61,830 nt of DNA from Chromatiales bacterium (GTDB lineage: Bacteria; Pseudomonadota; Gammaproteobacteria; SZUA-152), in NCBI GenBank assembly GCA_026982555.1, contig JALSGT010000084.1:1-61830 (forward strand). Direction: 5' to 3'. The notes beneath the pieces were generated by a model. It was not told where the DNA came from and did no database searches. It was given only the letters and a program-made list of their open reading frames with translations. A program made the position numbers and the translations under genes. Shown one piece after another: positions 1-10,302 of the stretch (its first letter is position 1; each line of letters begins with the position of its first letter).

Positions 1-170
1 AACAGTCAACACTTTGCGTTAGGTACGCAATAACTGATGTTACGCAGGCCTCAGTCGGTGATAAATTTGAATGAAAAGCTGGCATAACCATTGTGACTGA
101 CGTTAGCCGCTTACAAATGTAGTACTTGATTGATGTTTAAAGTCTTCAGGCAACGCAGTTGCTTTCTACA

Positions 171-207
171 CCTTCTCCCCTTGAGGGGAGAAGGTTGGGG
201 TGAGGGG
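171..207. repeat. REP-like palindrome (CCTTCTCCCC-ttga-GGGGAGAAGG plus TTGGGGTGAGGGG tail)
   Basis: Perfect 10-bp stem (171-180/185-194) followed by a GGGGTGAGGGG tail, as in the widespread CCCCTCACCCC-type intergenic repeats. Confidence 0.65.
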
Positions 208-278
208 TGCCCTCACACAACCAAACCGGGTCGTTACGAAAAACTTATTGCAGCATTTATTGAAGGTCAAGGCATACC

Positions 279-2114
279 ATGTTTCCAGTACGTGAAGATG
301 AACCTAAATACGCTTTTCTTGCCGATAAGGAAAGCCAGGAAAAAAACATCCACGGCAAGTTCATTGAACTGGTCGAAAAAAGCAGCTCGCTGTACGGGCA
401 AAGTCTGAATATCAACGGCGACAGCGCCGTGAGTGATAACCCCAACCGTTACAAACAACACGGCTTTCATTTTACCGCAGATAACTGCATCGCCTGCCAT
501 GCCTGTGAAGCCGCATGCAGTGAAAAAAATGACAACCCGGCACACCTGGCATTTCGCAGCGTGGGTTATGTTGAAGGGGGTACCTATCCTGCCTATCAGC
601 GTATGAATATTTCCATGGCCTGTAATCACTGCGATAACCCGGTTTGTCTGAAAGGTTGTCCTACCCGTGCCTATACCAAATTTGCAGAATATGGCGCGGT
701 ATTGCAGGATCCGGACATCTGTTTTGGCTGTGGTTATTGCACCTGGGTCTGTCCCTACAATGCGCCACAGCTGGACCCTGTTAAAGGGCAGGTATCAAAG
801 TGCAATATGTGTGTGGATCGACTTGAAGTCGGCCTTAAACCTGCCTGCGTATCCGCCTGCCTGGGCGGCGCACTGGAATTTGGTGTCATCGAAAACACAC
901 CGCTGAACCGGGATCAGGCAAAACTGGACATTCCCGGGTTTCCCACCACAGATATTACCCATCCCAATATTCGTTTTCAGCAAAAACGCAGCATGCCGCG
1001 TGAAATGAGCCGCCCGGATTCCATGCCACTGAAATATCATCGTGATGACCGGCAGGAAAAATATATTCCCGTGGTGGATGAGAAAAAAGGCAAACTGCAA
1101 CGTCAGTGGAATCTGCGTAAACTGCTGGGCTCACACGAAAATGCACACATCGCCTTTACCCTTTGTGCGCAAACCGTTATCGGTGCTTTTATGTTACTGA
1201 TATTTGCACCATGGCTGGGTTTGTCAGCTGTGGCCACGGCGACATCCGAAGCCTTTCTGCCATTATTTGCCACGCTGTTTGTCATACTGGCCATCGGCAT
1301 GTTCAAGCTCAACATGCACCTGGGCAAACCGTTACGTTTTTATCGCGGGTTTAATAACTGGCGACTGTCACCGGTCAGTCGTGAAATTGCCGGTGTATCA
1401 CTCTTTTTTGGTGGCATGGTGGGCTATGGTTTTTTTGCCAGCCTCATTCATTACAACCTGCTGGTACTGCCTGTTATACACTGGCTGGCAGTGGCCTCTG
1501 CCATCGCCGCAATCATCGGTGGACTGGTGGGCTTTTATTACATGTATAAACTCTACCGCATTCCTGCACGCCCGTACTGGAATCACTGGCAAACCGGCAG
1601 CAGCTTTGTTGGCACCGCCCTGGTATTGGGTTCTGTGCTGATTTTACTGGTCAGTGGCATCGCATCAGGTTTATCTGCCATACAGGCATTATTACCTTCC
1701 CTGGCATGGCTGATTTTTTGCGGCCTGCTTCTGGAAAGTATTGGACTGCTGGCTCATGCACGCGACCTCAAACGACAGGGAGGCGAGGGCGCTGCATCGC
1801 ACTTTGAACAGACGACCAAATTTGGTTATGCCTATGTGTTGCGAAATACCCTGTTAGGTGCCAATTTGTTATTAGTGTTTTTATTAACGCTGGACAGCGT
1901 AGCTCTGTCACCAATGGTGCTGGTGCTTGGCAGCATCACCCTGATATCACTACTGGCAATGAATGTGATTGGACGGGCCTTGTTCTATGTACTGGTGATC
2001 CCGACCACCATGCCGGGAGCCTTCTTCTGGAAAAATAAAGCCTTCGAAGAACATGCCAGAGAAACAGGGCTGGCCAACATGCCGCAGGTAGGGGTAGTGC
2101 CAGACGGGCATTAA
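279..2114 (+). CDS. Fused 4Fe-4S ferredoxin (DmsB/NrfC-like) and DmsC/YnfH-family membrane anchor of a molybdoenzyme complex
   Basis: Four Cys clusters (CIACHACEAAC, CNHCDNPVCLKGC, CFGCGYCTWVC, CNMCVDR...PAC). The multi-TM C-terminal half carries HLGKPLRFYRG...SPVSREI and GRALFY motifs typical of DmsC. Confidence 0.85.
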   Translation: MFPVREDEPKYAFLADKESQEKNIHGKFIELVEKSSSLYGQSLNINGDSAVSDNPNRYKQHGFHFTADNCIACHACEAACSEKNDNPAHLAFRSVGYVEGGTYPAYQRMNISMACNHCDNPVCLKGCPTRAYTKFAEYGAVLQDPDICFGCGYCTWVCPYNAPQLDPVKGQVSKCNMCVDRLEVGLKPACVSACLGGALEFGVIENTPLNRDQAKLDIPGFPTTDITHPNIRFQQKRSMPREMSRPDSMPLKYHRDDRQEKYIPVVDEKKGKLQRQWNLRKLLGSHENAHIAFTLCAQTVIGAFMLLIFAPWLGLSAVATATSEAFLPLFATLFVILAIGMFKLNMHLGKPLRFYRGFNNWRLSPVSREIAGVSLFFGGMVGYGFFASLIHYNLLVLPVIHWLAVASAIAAIIGGLVGFYYMYKLYRIPARPYWNHWQTGSSFVGTALVLGSVLILLVSGIASGLSAIQALLPSLAWLIFCGLLLESIGLLAHARDLKRQGGEGAASHFEQTTKFGYAYVLRNTLLGANLLLVFLLTLDSVALSPMVLVLGSITLISLLAMNVIGRALFYVLVIPTTMPGAFFWKNKAFEEHARETGLANMPQVGVVPDGH

Positions 2115-2261
2115 TGTTTCAGCATTGCTGTCCTGTTAGTACCTCATTGTTATGCCGGCACAGGCAGGTATCCGGTTTGTTGTCGTTATTGAAATTACTG
2201 GATGTCAGCCGAGACGGGAATAATGGAAAGACGTTAACGATATTGTTCGGGTTATAAAATA

Positions 2262-2687
2262 ATGAGAGGGCAGTGGGTTTTTGTTATTGTGGTGTTTTTA
2301 ACTGTTTCATGCTCCACATATACTGTTACCAACAAAAACCACGAGAGTGTCAGCTTCTCAAAAATAAAATCAGATTATCGATTAACCGATTTGAATAATT
2401 ATGGCTGCGAAAAAATTAATTCATCAGTAATAAAGCACATTTTACATACAGGTACACGGGTTACTGAAAAAGAAGTCCATGATTATTATTCTACAACCGG
2501 GTGTAGTGTTAAGGGAAGTGTACTCCTGAATGGTAGCAATGCTGATTTTACCTTTGATTACGGCGGTATTATGTACTTTAGTAACGGGATAATGCTAGGG
2601 TGTGGTGAAAATTGTTGCAGTGAAAATTATCCATATTGCTCGTTCGATATGCATAACCTTAAAGGATTTCAGCAGCCTTCCAGATAA
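2262..2687 (+). CDS. Hypothetical Cys-rich lipoprotein
   Basis: Hydrophobic leader ending LTVS-C (lipobox-like), several Cys (GCGENCC...YC), AT-rich. No family recognised. Confidence 0.55.
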   Translation: MRGQWVFVIVVFLTVSCSTYTVTNKNHESVSFSKIKSDYRLTDLNNYGCEKINSSVIKHILHTGTRVTEKEVHDYYSTTGCSVKGSVLLNGSNADFTFDYGGIMYFSNGIMLGCGENCCSENYPYCSFDMHNLKGFQQPSR

Positions 2688-2783
2688 GTGATTTATATAG
2701 AATGGAACATTTATGAAAAAATGGGCACTTGCATTGAGGCTCCTTTCCGTTGTGTGGTGTGTAGCCTTTGCTGAAATAACAAC

Positions 2784-4310
2784 ATGAAAACACGCATCCA
2801 ACAGCTACAGACCGCCTTGCAGTCGGGACTGATCGAACGTGAAACACCGGCTCGTCTGGCCCTGTTAGCTGCCCTCTCGGGAGAACACCTGCTATTGATT
2901 GGTGCGCCCGGCACTGCCAAAAGCGCACTGGCACGAAGACTCCACCTCGTCTTTGATCATGGTCAGTATTTTGAGCGACTGCTCACCCGGTTTTCTGTAC
3001 CGGAAGAATTGTTTGGCCCGTTGTCCATCAAGGCGCTGGAAGATGACCGTTATGAACGCCTGACACAAGCCTACCTTCCTGACGCATCCATTGCCTTTAT
3101 TGACGAGATATTCAAAGCCAACAGCGCCATCCTCAATGCACTGCTTACAATATTGAACGAACGTGAATTTGATAACGGCAGCCGACGCATCAAAATTCCG
3201 CTGGTTGCGGTCATTGCGGCCAGCAACGAACTGCCCGAAGGTGACGAACTGGATGCACTGTATGATCGTTTTTTACTGCGCTACCACGTTGAGCCCATCA
3301 GTCCTGAAGGTTTTAACCAACTATTAATGCTGGAAAACATCGAAATACCGGTTATTGATCCACAATGGAAGCTGACTCGCGACGACCTGCAACAAATACA
3401 AACGCAATCCGCACAAGTCCTGCTGGATGACGATGTTCACTATCTTCTGAGCCAGTTACGCGAGCATTTAACAGCACAAAACCATTATGTATCAGACCGG
3501 CGCTGGCGGAAGCTGGTGAAACTGCTCAAAGTGGCTGCCTGGACCGATGGACGTACTACCGTTGACGTATGGGACTGCTGGTTATTGCAACATTGCCTGT
3601 GGCATTTACCGGAGCAACGCGCCGACTTGTTGCAATGGTATGAAAAAAGCCTTGGTGCAGATGCCATTATTAATCCTGCACGCCTTACTCGTCTGGCCGA
3701 TGCCTGGGAAAATACCCTGAACAATGAACAGGGCAGTCATCGGCAATTACACGATGAAAACGGTCATCCGTTATATCTCGACACTGAAGGTGAGCTGACA
3801 CTGCGCTCAGGCCATCAGGAAGAACTGACGATAAACGGGGAGCCATTGTATCTGGCGCCCCCCGATCAGGCGGACCGCACCAATAACGGCAAAGGCTATC
3901 AGCAAAAAGAACTGGCATCACTTTTTTTTGATGACCATTACCAACAATGTCACATAGATGGAAAATGGGTCTCACTGGCGCAATACACAGCAGACCCGGA
4001 AAACCGTTTAACCCGCGATATTCACTACCCGCCACATGCTGAGCCTGTATACTTCAGTCAGACACATGTTGCCGAGCGGGTGCAGGAAGTACAGGTCATT
4101 CTGGATGCCATTAAACGCTACGAACAGGCCGTGAATGAAAAACTGTCAACATTAAAAGCCGACATATCACAACGCCTGTGGGTAGAAAAAGCCTTTGTTA
4201 CCCCGGCTCATGACAATTTGCAACAAAGTCTTCACGTCATTCAAACGCTGGCCGGGCGCATCGAAAAACTGCGTGTCGGCTTTAGCCAGCTACCGGTAAA
4301 ACAAGCCTGA
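2784..4310 (+). CDS. ravA: MoxR-family AAA+ ATPase RavA-like
   Basis: Walker A GAPGTAKS, FERLLTRFSVPEELFGP, Walker B FIDEIFKANSAILNALL, ALYDRFLLR, SDRRWRK. Confidence 0.88.
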   Translation: MKTRIQQLQTALQSGLIERETPARLALLAALSGEHLLLIGAPGTAKSALARRLHLVFDHGQYFERLLTRFSVPEELFGPLSIKALEDDRYERLTQAYLPDASIAFIDEIFKANSAILNALLTILNEREFDNGSRRIKIPLVAVIAASNELPEGDELDALYDRFLLRYHVEPISPEGFNQLLMLENIEIPVIDPQWKLTRDDLQQIQTQSAQVLLDDDVHYLLSQLREHLTAQNHYVSDRRWRKLVKLLKVAAWTDGRTTVDVWDCWLLQHCLWHLPEQRADLLQWYEKSLGADAIINPARLTRLADAWENTLNNEQGSHRQLHDENGHPLYLDTEGELTLRSGHQEELTINGEPLYLAPPDQADRTNNGKGYQQKELASLFFDDHYQQCHIDGKWVSLAQYTADPENRLTRDIHYPPHAEPVYFSQTHVAERVQEVQVILDAIKRYEQAVNEKLSTLKADISQRLWVEKAFVTPAHDNLQQSLHVIQTLAGRIEKLRVGFSQLPVKQA

Positions 4311-4328
4311 TCTCACCCCGGGTAATTT

Positions 4329-5828
4329 ATGAAAGCCTTATGCCTGGAAGAACAGTTTCAATTTCTGGATGCGCTTCCTGAAACCCTGTTTGACCGGGTA
4401 GTGACACTGGCATATGGCAACCTGCAAGAGCGGGTTCGCGGCATTCTCTTTTGGCGGGAGAATCTTTTACACGGTTTTCTGCCACCGGTTAATGATATTT
4501 TCTGGCCGGAGCCGGATATGGCAAAAATCATCCACCAACGTCTTCATGCGGTTGATTTATTACCCTTTTGTCGTGACGAAGAAAGCCTGGTTGACCAGAT
4601 ACTACAAGACATCTGTACAGCCATTGAAAGTATCTTGCAACAACGGCTACATAACACTGAAAGTTTGTTTGACGACATCCTCGCACAACAACCCTCCCAA
4701 AATGACCTCCATTCCCGGCAGCCGGAAAACGACACACTTAACGACAACCCGTCCACAAACACAGAAAATACACCGTCTGCAAACCCGTCTGCGAACAGTG
4801 AATTTAACAGCCTGACAGATATTGGTGAAAACCTCGAACAACAATGGATAAAATTATTGTTTCAATGGAAAGAAACCCGCGAAATTTTCAGCAGCATGGG
4901 AACTCGCCCAGGACGGGGCTGGGATCTTTCCAAAGGTATCCTGGCCACCGCAGGCTGGCGTGACTTTATCGCTTATCGAAAACTGATTCGCGACCATCCG
5001 CAACTTAAAAAAGTCATCAGTATCCTTGGACAAAAACAGCAAACCGTTTCAGCATACAAACGGTCCCGCATAACATCAGACAACACGTTAATAGCCGAAG
5101 AAAAACCGATAAAAATTAAATCGCCCTTATCAACGCAAGGCGTGACCCGGAGTGGCGATATTGCCCGCATGCTGCCACAAGAAGCCGCCTTTCTCGGTCA
5201 TCCAAAACTGCACATGCTATGGCACGTACGTCGTGCAGAAAATGCATTACTCAGCTATCAGGTAGAAGGGGTATTGTCAGATCATCAGCCAGACATACCG
5301 ACATCGGAAAAAAACCACCCGTATTCATCGTCCTCCGGCACAAGGAAAAAAGGCCCCATCATCCTCTGTATCGATACCTCAGGTTCCATGCACGGAGAGC
5401 CAGAACAACTCGCTAAAGCAATTTGCCTGGAAGTTATCCGCCAGGCCGCCCGTTTGGGACAACCTTGTTTATTATTTGCATTCAGTGGTCCCGGACAACT
5501 GCTGGAACAGTCTTTATCATTTGACCAAGATGGCCTGAGAGCCATTATTCGTTTTCTGCAACAAACATTCCATGGCGGGACAGATATTCGCGAACCCTTT
5601 GCCCGGGCTTTGGAAAAAATTACAGAACGCCATTGGCAGCATGCTGATATTTTATTGGTCAGTGATGGCCGGTTTCCCGTACCGGAACACCTGACCACAA
5701 AACTGGCTGATGCCCAAAAACGGGAAGGCCTGCGTGTTTTCGGAATAACCGTTGGCCACTGGTCCTCCTCCTCGATGGAGGCCGTTTGTCAAATGGTATA
5801 CCGTGTGAATACAAAGGTTTCGGTCTGA
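4329..5828 (+). CDS. viaA: VWA-domain protein ViaA-like
   Basis: MIDAS CIDTSGSM, FHGGTD, LVSDG and SGDIARMLPQE; lies directly downstream of the RavA-like ATPase. Confidence 0.85.
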   Translation: MKALCLEEQFQFLDALPETLFDRVVTLAYGNLQERVRGILFWRENLLHGFLPPVNDIFWPEPDMAKIIHQRLHAVDLLPFCRDEESLVDQILQDICTAIESILQQRLHNTESLFDDILAQQPSQNDLHSRQPENDTLNDNPSTNTENTPSANPSANSEFNSLTDIGENLEQQWIKLLFQWKETREIFSSMGTRPGRGWDLSKGILATAGWRDFIAYRKLIRDHPQLKKVISILGQKQQTVSAYKRSRITSDNTLIAEEKPIKIKSPLSTQGVTRSGDIARMLPQEAAFLGHPKLHMLWHVRRAENALLSYQVEGVLSDHQPDIPTSEKNHPYSSSSGTRKKGPIILCIDTSGSMHGEPEQLAKAICLEVIRQAARLGQPCLLFAFSGPGQLLEQSLSFDQDGLRAIIRFLQQTFHGGTDIREPFARALEKITERHWQHADILLVSDGRFPVPEHLTTKLADAQKREGLRVFGITVGHWSSSSMEAVCQMVYRVNTKVSV

Positions 5829-5848
5829 GCTGTGATATTCATGTCTAT

Positions 5849-5941
5849 TATCATGGAATGAGAAAGTCCGGTGCGGACAAGGAGGGTTCAGTCCTGAGCC
5901 GCAAGGCGAGGCTAAAGCCTCGCTTCCGCGCCCGGCTCAGG
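5849..5941. repeat. Non-autonomous copy of the RAYT left end with a GAGGCTAAAGCCTC REP hairpin
   Basis: 5849-5890 is identical to 46188-46229 (42 nt). 5890-5928 matches 46254-46292 with a few substitutions. An outer stem CCTGAGCCG/CGGCTCAGG lies at 5893-5901/5933-5941. Confidence 0.8.
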
Positions 5942-7901
5942 CTTTGCCTTGTAGCTGAAGTATGATGGCTTCATTTTCCAGGGTGGAGGTATCCTGAGTG
6001 ATTTCCTCACCGGCGGCGATGGTGCGTAACAGACGGCGCATGATTTTGCCGGAACGGGTTTTGGGCAGGTTGTCAGAAAAACGCATGTCATCAGGTTTGG
6101 CGATGGGGCCAATCTGTTTGGCAACCCAGTCGCGCAGTTCGGCGGTCAGTGCTTTGTCGATGCCGTCTGCCGGGCGTTCACCCCGCAGTACCACGAAGGC
6201 AAAAATGCTTTCACCTTTCACGTCATGGGGACGACCGACCACGGCCGCTTCGGCAACTTTAGGGTGGGCCACCAGTGCGGACTCTACTTCCATAGTGCCG
6301 AGACGATGACCGGAGACGTTGAGCACGTCGTCGATGCGGCCCATGATCCAGAAATAACCGTCTTCATCACGGCGGGCATTGTCACCGGCGACATAAAGTT
6401 TGCCATCGAACATTTTCCAGTAGGTGTCGTAATAGCGTTGCTCATCACCCCATACGGTGCGAATCATGGAGGGCCAGGGCTTACGGATGACCAGTATGCC
6501 TCCTTGATTGGGTTCAGTGATGGAGTTGCCTTCGGCATCCACAATGTCTGCGGCGATACCGGGCAGTGGCAGGGTGCAGGAGCCGGGTTTGGTGGCTACG
6601 GCACCGGGCACGGGCGCAAGCATATGTGAGCCGGTTTCAGTCTGCCACCAGGTATCAACGATGGGGCAGCGTTCACCGCCGATAATTTTGTGGTACCACA
6701 TCCAGGCTTCGGGGTTGATGGGTTCACCCACAGTGCCTAACAGGCGGATACTGCTTAGGTCATATTGATTTGGTAAATCATCGCCTGCCTTCATCAGGGC
6801 ACGGATGGCGGTGGGGGCCGTGTAAAAAATCGTGACGTGGTGATCTTCGCAGATTTTCCAGAAACGCCCGGCGTCTGGCACTGTGGGTGCGCCTTCATAC
6901 ATCAGCATGGTGGCACCTGCGGCCAGGGGGCCGAAGGCCACATAAGTATGGCCGGTGATCCAGCCCACATCGGCGGTACACCAGAAAATGTCAGTGTCGT
7001 TAATGTCGAATACCCATTTCATGCTGGTAATGGCATTCAGCAGGTAGCCGCCGGAGGAGTGCTGGACACCTTTGGGTTTGCCGGTGGAGCCCGAGGTGTA
7101 AAGCAGAAACAGGGGATGCTCACTGCCCACCCATTCCGGTTCGCAGGTGGATTCCTGGCCTTCAATCAATTCATGCCACCAGATATCACGGGAGTCAGTG
7201 AAGTTGATATCATGGCCGGTGCGTTTCAGTACGATGACTTTTTCAGTGCTGGCGCATCCGCTGTTGAGTGCTTCATCCGTTGCGGATTTCAGTTCGACAA
7301 TTTTGCCACCCCGGTGGGCGCCATCGGCGGTAATAACCACTTTTGCACCGGCGTTCTCGATACGGTCTTTCAATGATTCTGCCGAGAAGCCACCGAACAC
7401 CACAGAATGTGTGGCACCGATGCGTGCGCAGGCCTGCATGGCCACTACGGCTTCGGGGGTCATGGGCATGTACAGAATCACCCGGTCGCCAAGACCAACG
7501 CCCAGTGATTTCAGGCCATTGGCGAACTGGCAGACATCGCGGTGCAGCTCTGAGTAGCTGATGTGCCGGGCGTCACCTTTTTCACCCTCAAATACGATGG
7601 CCGTTTTGTCGCCACGCTCGGCCAGGTGGCGATCCAGGCAGTTGTACGACACATTGAGTTTGCCATCGCTGAACCATTGATAATGGGGTGCATTACTTTC
7701 ATCCAGCACGGAAGTGAACGGTGTTTGCCAGTCCAGTTCATTACGAGCCAGTTCGGCCCAGAAACCTTCGTGATCGGCTTCGGCTTTGGCGCGCAAGGCA
7801 TCCAGTTCAGCGCGGTTTTTAATGCGTGCCTTGCTGGAAAACTCAGCGGAGGGGGCAAACAGACGATTTTCTTGCAGGGTGGATTGGATATTTTCTTCCA
7901 T
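5937..7901 (-). CDS. acs: Acetyl-CoA synthetase
   Basis: [42 protein letters not shown]. Start placed at MEENIQ (7901) behind a GGAGA RBS. Confidence 0.97.
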   Translation of the reverse strand: MEENIQSTLQENRLFAPSAEFSSKARIKNRAELDALRAKAEADHEGFWAELARNELDWQTPFTSVLDESNAPHYQWFSDGKLNVSYNCLDRHLAERGDKTAIVFEGEKGDARHISYSELHRDVCQFANGLKSLGVGLGDRVILYMPMTPEAVVAMQACARIGATHSVVFGGFSAESLKDRIENAGAKVVITADGAHRGGKIVELKSATDEALNSGCASTEKVIVLKRTGHDINFTDSRDIWWHELIEGQESTCEPEWVGSEHPLFLLYTSGSTGKPKGVQHSSGGYLLNAITSMKWVFDINDTDIFWCTADVGWITGHTYVAFGPLAAGATMLMYEGAPTVPDAGRFWKICEDHHVTIFYTAPTAIRALMKAGDDLPNQYDLSSIRLLGTVGEPINPEAWMWYHKIIGGERCPIVDTWWQTETGSHMLAPVPGAVATKPGSCTLPLPGIAADIVDAEGNSITEPNQGGILVIRKPWPSMIRTVWGDEQRYYDTYWKMFDGKLYVAGDNARRDEDGYFWIMGRIDDVLNVSGHRLGTMEVESALVAHPKVAEAAVVGRPHDVKGESIFAFVVLRGERPADGIDKALTAELRDWVAKQIGPIAKPDDMRFSDNLPKTRSGKIMRRLLRTIAAGEEITQDTSTLENEAIILQLQGKA

Positions 7902-8065
7902 GGTGTCTCCCAGGTTTTGCGGGCAAAAATCAGTCTGGGTACAGCGGATTTTTGCACAAAATGATACTAACGAGTTCTTGTCGCATATTAACAGGGCGGC
8001 GGTGGGTGTGCATCTGTATTGGGCATGCATGAGAGGTAGGGGACATAGCCGTCAGGCTAAGCCGG

Positions 8066-8192
8066 GTAGGGTGGAACAAGCGCAGCGGTTCCAGCAAGCG
8101 GGAAAAGAACATCAAGGTTTGCCGGTGGACATAGAGGCTATTGTTGTTTCTTATCGCCTATTGGTGGAACCGCTGCGCTTGTTCCACCCTAC
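8066..8192. repeat. GTAG-family REP doublet (REPIN)
   Basis: GTAGGGTGGAACAAGCGCAGCGGTTCCAGCAA (8066-8097) and its inverted copy (8161-8192), 31/32 identical. Confidence 0.85.
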
Positions 8193-8567
8193 CGTTTTAC
8201 TCTGTATTGAAGAAAGTCGAATAAAAAGCCGGTAATACTCCAGTCTCACCCTCTTTCCGGGTAGAGCTTAGCCTGACGGTTATGTGGGGGGATTCAGATG
8301 TCATTTTTTTTGCATTTTTTGTCTAACATAACTTCATTTGTATTTTTCGCGTCAATCTTTGTGTTCTGCATCAAGTATGAGCGACGGGTTGGCAATATCC
8401 GTATTTCTCATGGGTGAAAAAACGGGTATTGGAATCCGCACAAAGGCAGGTCGGCGTTTGGGGAGGTTAATTTTAGTATTTATGAAATGTGAGAAACTTC
8501 ACAGGTTCAGATTACGTTGAGGGGAGAGGGGGGAATATTATTGACGATATTACCCAGGAGATAAGAC

Positions 8568-9575
8568 ATGGCCGAAGATATCAAGTCCATTGGGAGAGTG
8601 CTTCAGCGTGTTTGTAATGATCTGCTAAAAAAACAAAATGTAGTGGCTACCGGCATCGGTTATAAAACCAGTGCGGGAGAGAGAAGCCTGAATCTTTCAA
8701 TCATCTGCTCGGTTGAGAAAAAGCTGCCCGGGATACAGCTCAACAGTAAAGACCTTATTCCGAAACAAATTGATGGAATCACAACAGACGTTGTTGAAAC
8801 TGGCCGCATACGGGCGCTTAATACGCATACCCAACGCCATCGACCGGCACCCGGCGGAGTCAGTATCGCCCACCGTGATGTTACGGCGGGTACACTCGGT
8901 TGTATTGTGAAAAAACAGGGTCAGCGGGTGATTCTTTCAAATAATCATGTGCTGGCCAACAGCAATGTTGCCGGGATTGGTGATGCTATTCTGCAGCCTG
9001 GTCCGGCTGATGGTGGTCAATTTCCGGGTGACCATATTGCGAACCTGCTTGAGTTTGTTCCCATTAATCTGAGCGGAGGTATTGGTTTACCGAGTGATTG
9101 CCCAATCGGCAATGGTTTCGCCGCGATACTGAATTTGCTTGCGGCCTCCACGGGGAGCCGTACCCGTCTGCAAGCGGTCAGGGTTCAGGCCGAAGATAAT
9201 CGGGTGGATGCCGCTATTGCCAAACCGCTTGATGACAATGATATTTCCGCTGACATTCTTGATATCGGAGCTATTGCCGGGATGACGCCAGGGGTATTGG
9301 GTATGGCGATCCAAAAAAGCGGTCGCACGACAGAATACACCACGGGGACTATCGAACAGATTGATGTCACTGTTAATGTGCAGTACGGCGGAGGACAGGT
9401 TGGCCGGTTCACTGATCAGATCATGGCCGGGGCTATGAGTCAGGGCGGTGACAGTGGTTCGGCGGTGCTGGACAATGACAGGAATCTGGTGGGGCTGCTG
9501 TTTGCCGGGAGCGATACAACGACAATTATCAATCGTATGGAAAATGTCTTTTCCGCCCTGGACCTGAGTCTTTGA
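8568..9575 (+). CDS. Trypsin-like (Nal1-type) serine protease with N-terminal pro-domain
   Basis: GTLGC, SNNHV (His), RVDAA (Asp), GDSGS (Ser). GGAGA RBS; no signal peptide. Confidence 0.8.
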   Translation: MAEDIKSIGRVLQRVCNDLLKKQNVVATGIGYKTSAGERSLNLSIICSVEKKLPGIQLNSKDLIPKQIDGITTDVVETGRIRALNTHTQRHRPAPGGVSIAHRDVTAGTLGCIVKKQGQRVILSNNHVLANSNVAGIGDAILQPGPADGGQFPGDHIANLLEFVPINLSGGIGLPSDCPIGNGFAAILNLLAASTGSRTRLQAVRVQAEDNRVDAAIAKPLDDNDISADILDIGAIAGMTPGVLGMAIQKSGRTTEYTTGTIEQIDVTVNVQYGGGQVGRFTDQIMAGAMSQGGDSGSAVLDNDRNLVGLLFAGSDTTTIINRMENVFSALDLSL

Positions 9576-9859
9576 ACCTGAAGCGGCTTGTCTTTTTTCT
9601 GTCATTGTTTTTTGCCATCACTTTGACTCTTGCGGAAACGGATATGCGAATGACTATTCAGCAGGTAAAGGAAAAATACCAGACAGAATTAATGGTTCTG
9701 CCGGGTGTGGTTTCGGTGGGTATTGGTCTGTCTGAAGGAGAAACGGTCATCAAGATTGGTTTGGATGGCAGGCATCCCGACACTGAAAAAGCATTGCCAA
9801 AAGCACTGGAAGGGTACAGGGTCGTCAGTCAGGATACAGGCACAATCAAAGCAAGATAA
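9572..9859 (+). CDS. Small exported protein resembling the pro-domain of the upstream protease
   Basis: TTG start overlaps the protease stop; signal-peptide-like N-terminus. ELMVLPGVVSVGIG and LPKALEG...DTGTIKA align with the protease's DLLKKQNVVATGIG and IPKQIDG...ETGRIRA. Confidence 0.65.
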   Translation: MNLKRLVFFLSLFFAITLTLAETDMRMTIQQVKEKYQTELMVLPGVVSVGIGLSEGETVIKIGLDGRHPDTEKALPKALEGYRVVSQDTGTIKAR

Positions 9860-10005
9860 GGAGCGTGTCAGGGAATGTGTTATTGCATTCTCTAAAGCGG
9901 TCAGTTGCGGAATTTAGGTATTGAAAACAGAGGGCCGACCAGTCTGTATAACTACAGGGGTTGATCGGCTGCATCAGTTGTAGACTTGCTTACACTGAGT
10001 CGAGC

Positions 10006-10302
10006 TTATGCGGCCACGCTTCCTATTTTCTGATACTCAGCACCGCGCTCGTTCTGCAATTCCCACAGCGCGAGTGCTTGTTGCATCCCTAGCCAGCTCT
10101 CGGGGGTGGTATTCAGCAGGCGAGCGAGACGCATGGCCATGTCGGGGGAAAGGGCGCGCTTCTCGTGGATCAATTCGGACACAGTAAGGCGCGAGACGCC
10201 TAGACGCCGGGCAAGCTCGGCTTGACTCATACCCAGCTCGGGCAGGATGTCTTCACGCAGGATCGCGCCGGGGTGGGTGGGTTTGCGGGTTCTGGTAGCC
10301 AT
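10006..10302 (-). CDS. higA: HigA/VapI-family antitoxin
   Basis: PTHPGAILREDIL, HTH region, ALSPDMAMRLARLLNTTPESWLGMQ. Confidence 0.9.
   Translation of the reverse strand: MATRTRKPTHPGAILREDILPELGMSQAELARRLGVSRLTVSELIHEKRALSPDMAMRLARLLNTTPESWLGMQQALALWELQNERGAEYQKIGSVAA

Noticed and set aside
130-408. 92-aa ORF containing LLPLRGEGWGEG
   Set aside because: The peptide is simply the translation of the REP-like repeat, and the ORF overlaps the Fe-S gene in another frame.
5858-5890. GAGAAAGTCCGG resembles the RNase P RNA 5' motif GAGGAAAGTCC (also at ~46199)
   Set aside because: No downstream rnpB conserved elements, far too short, and explained as part of the RAYT-end repeat.
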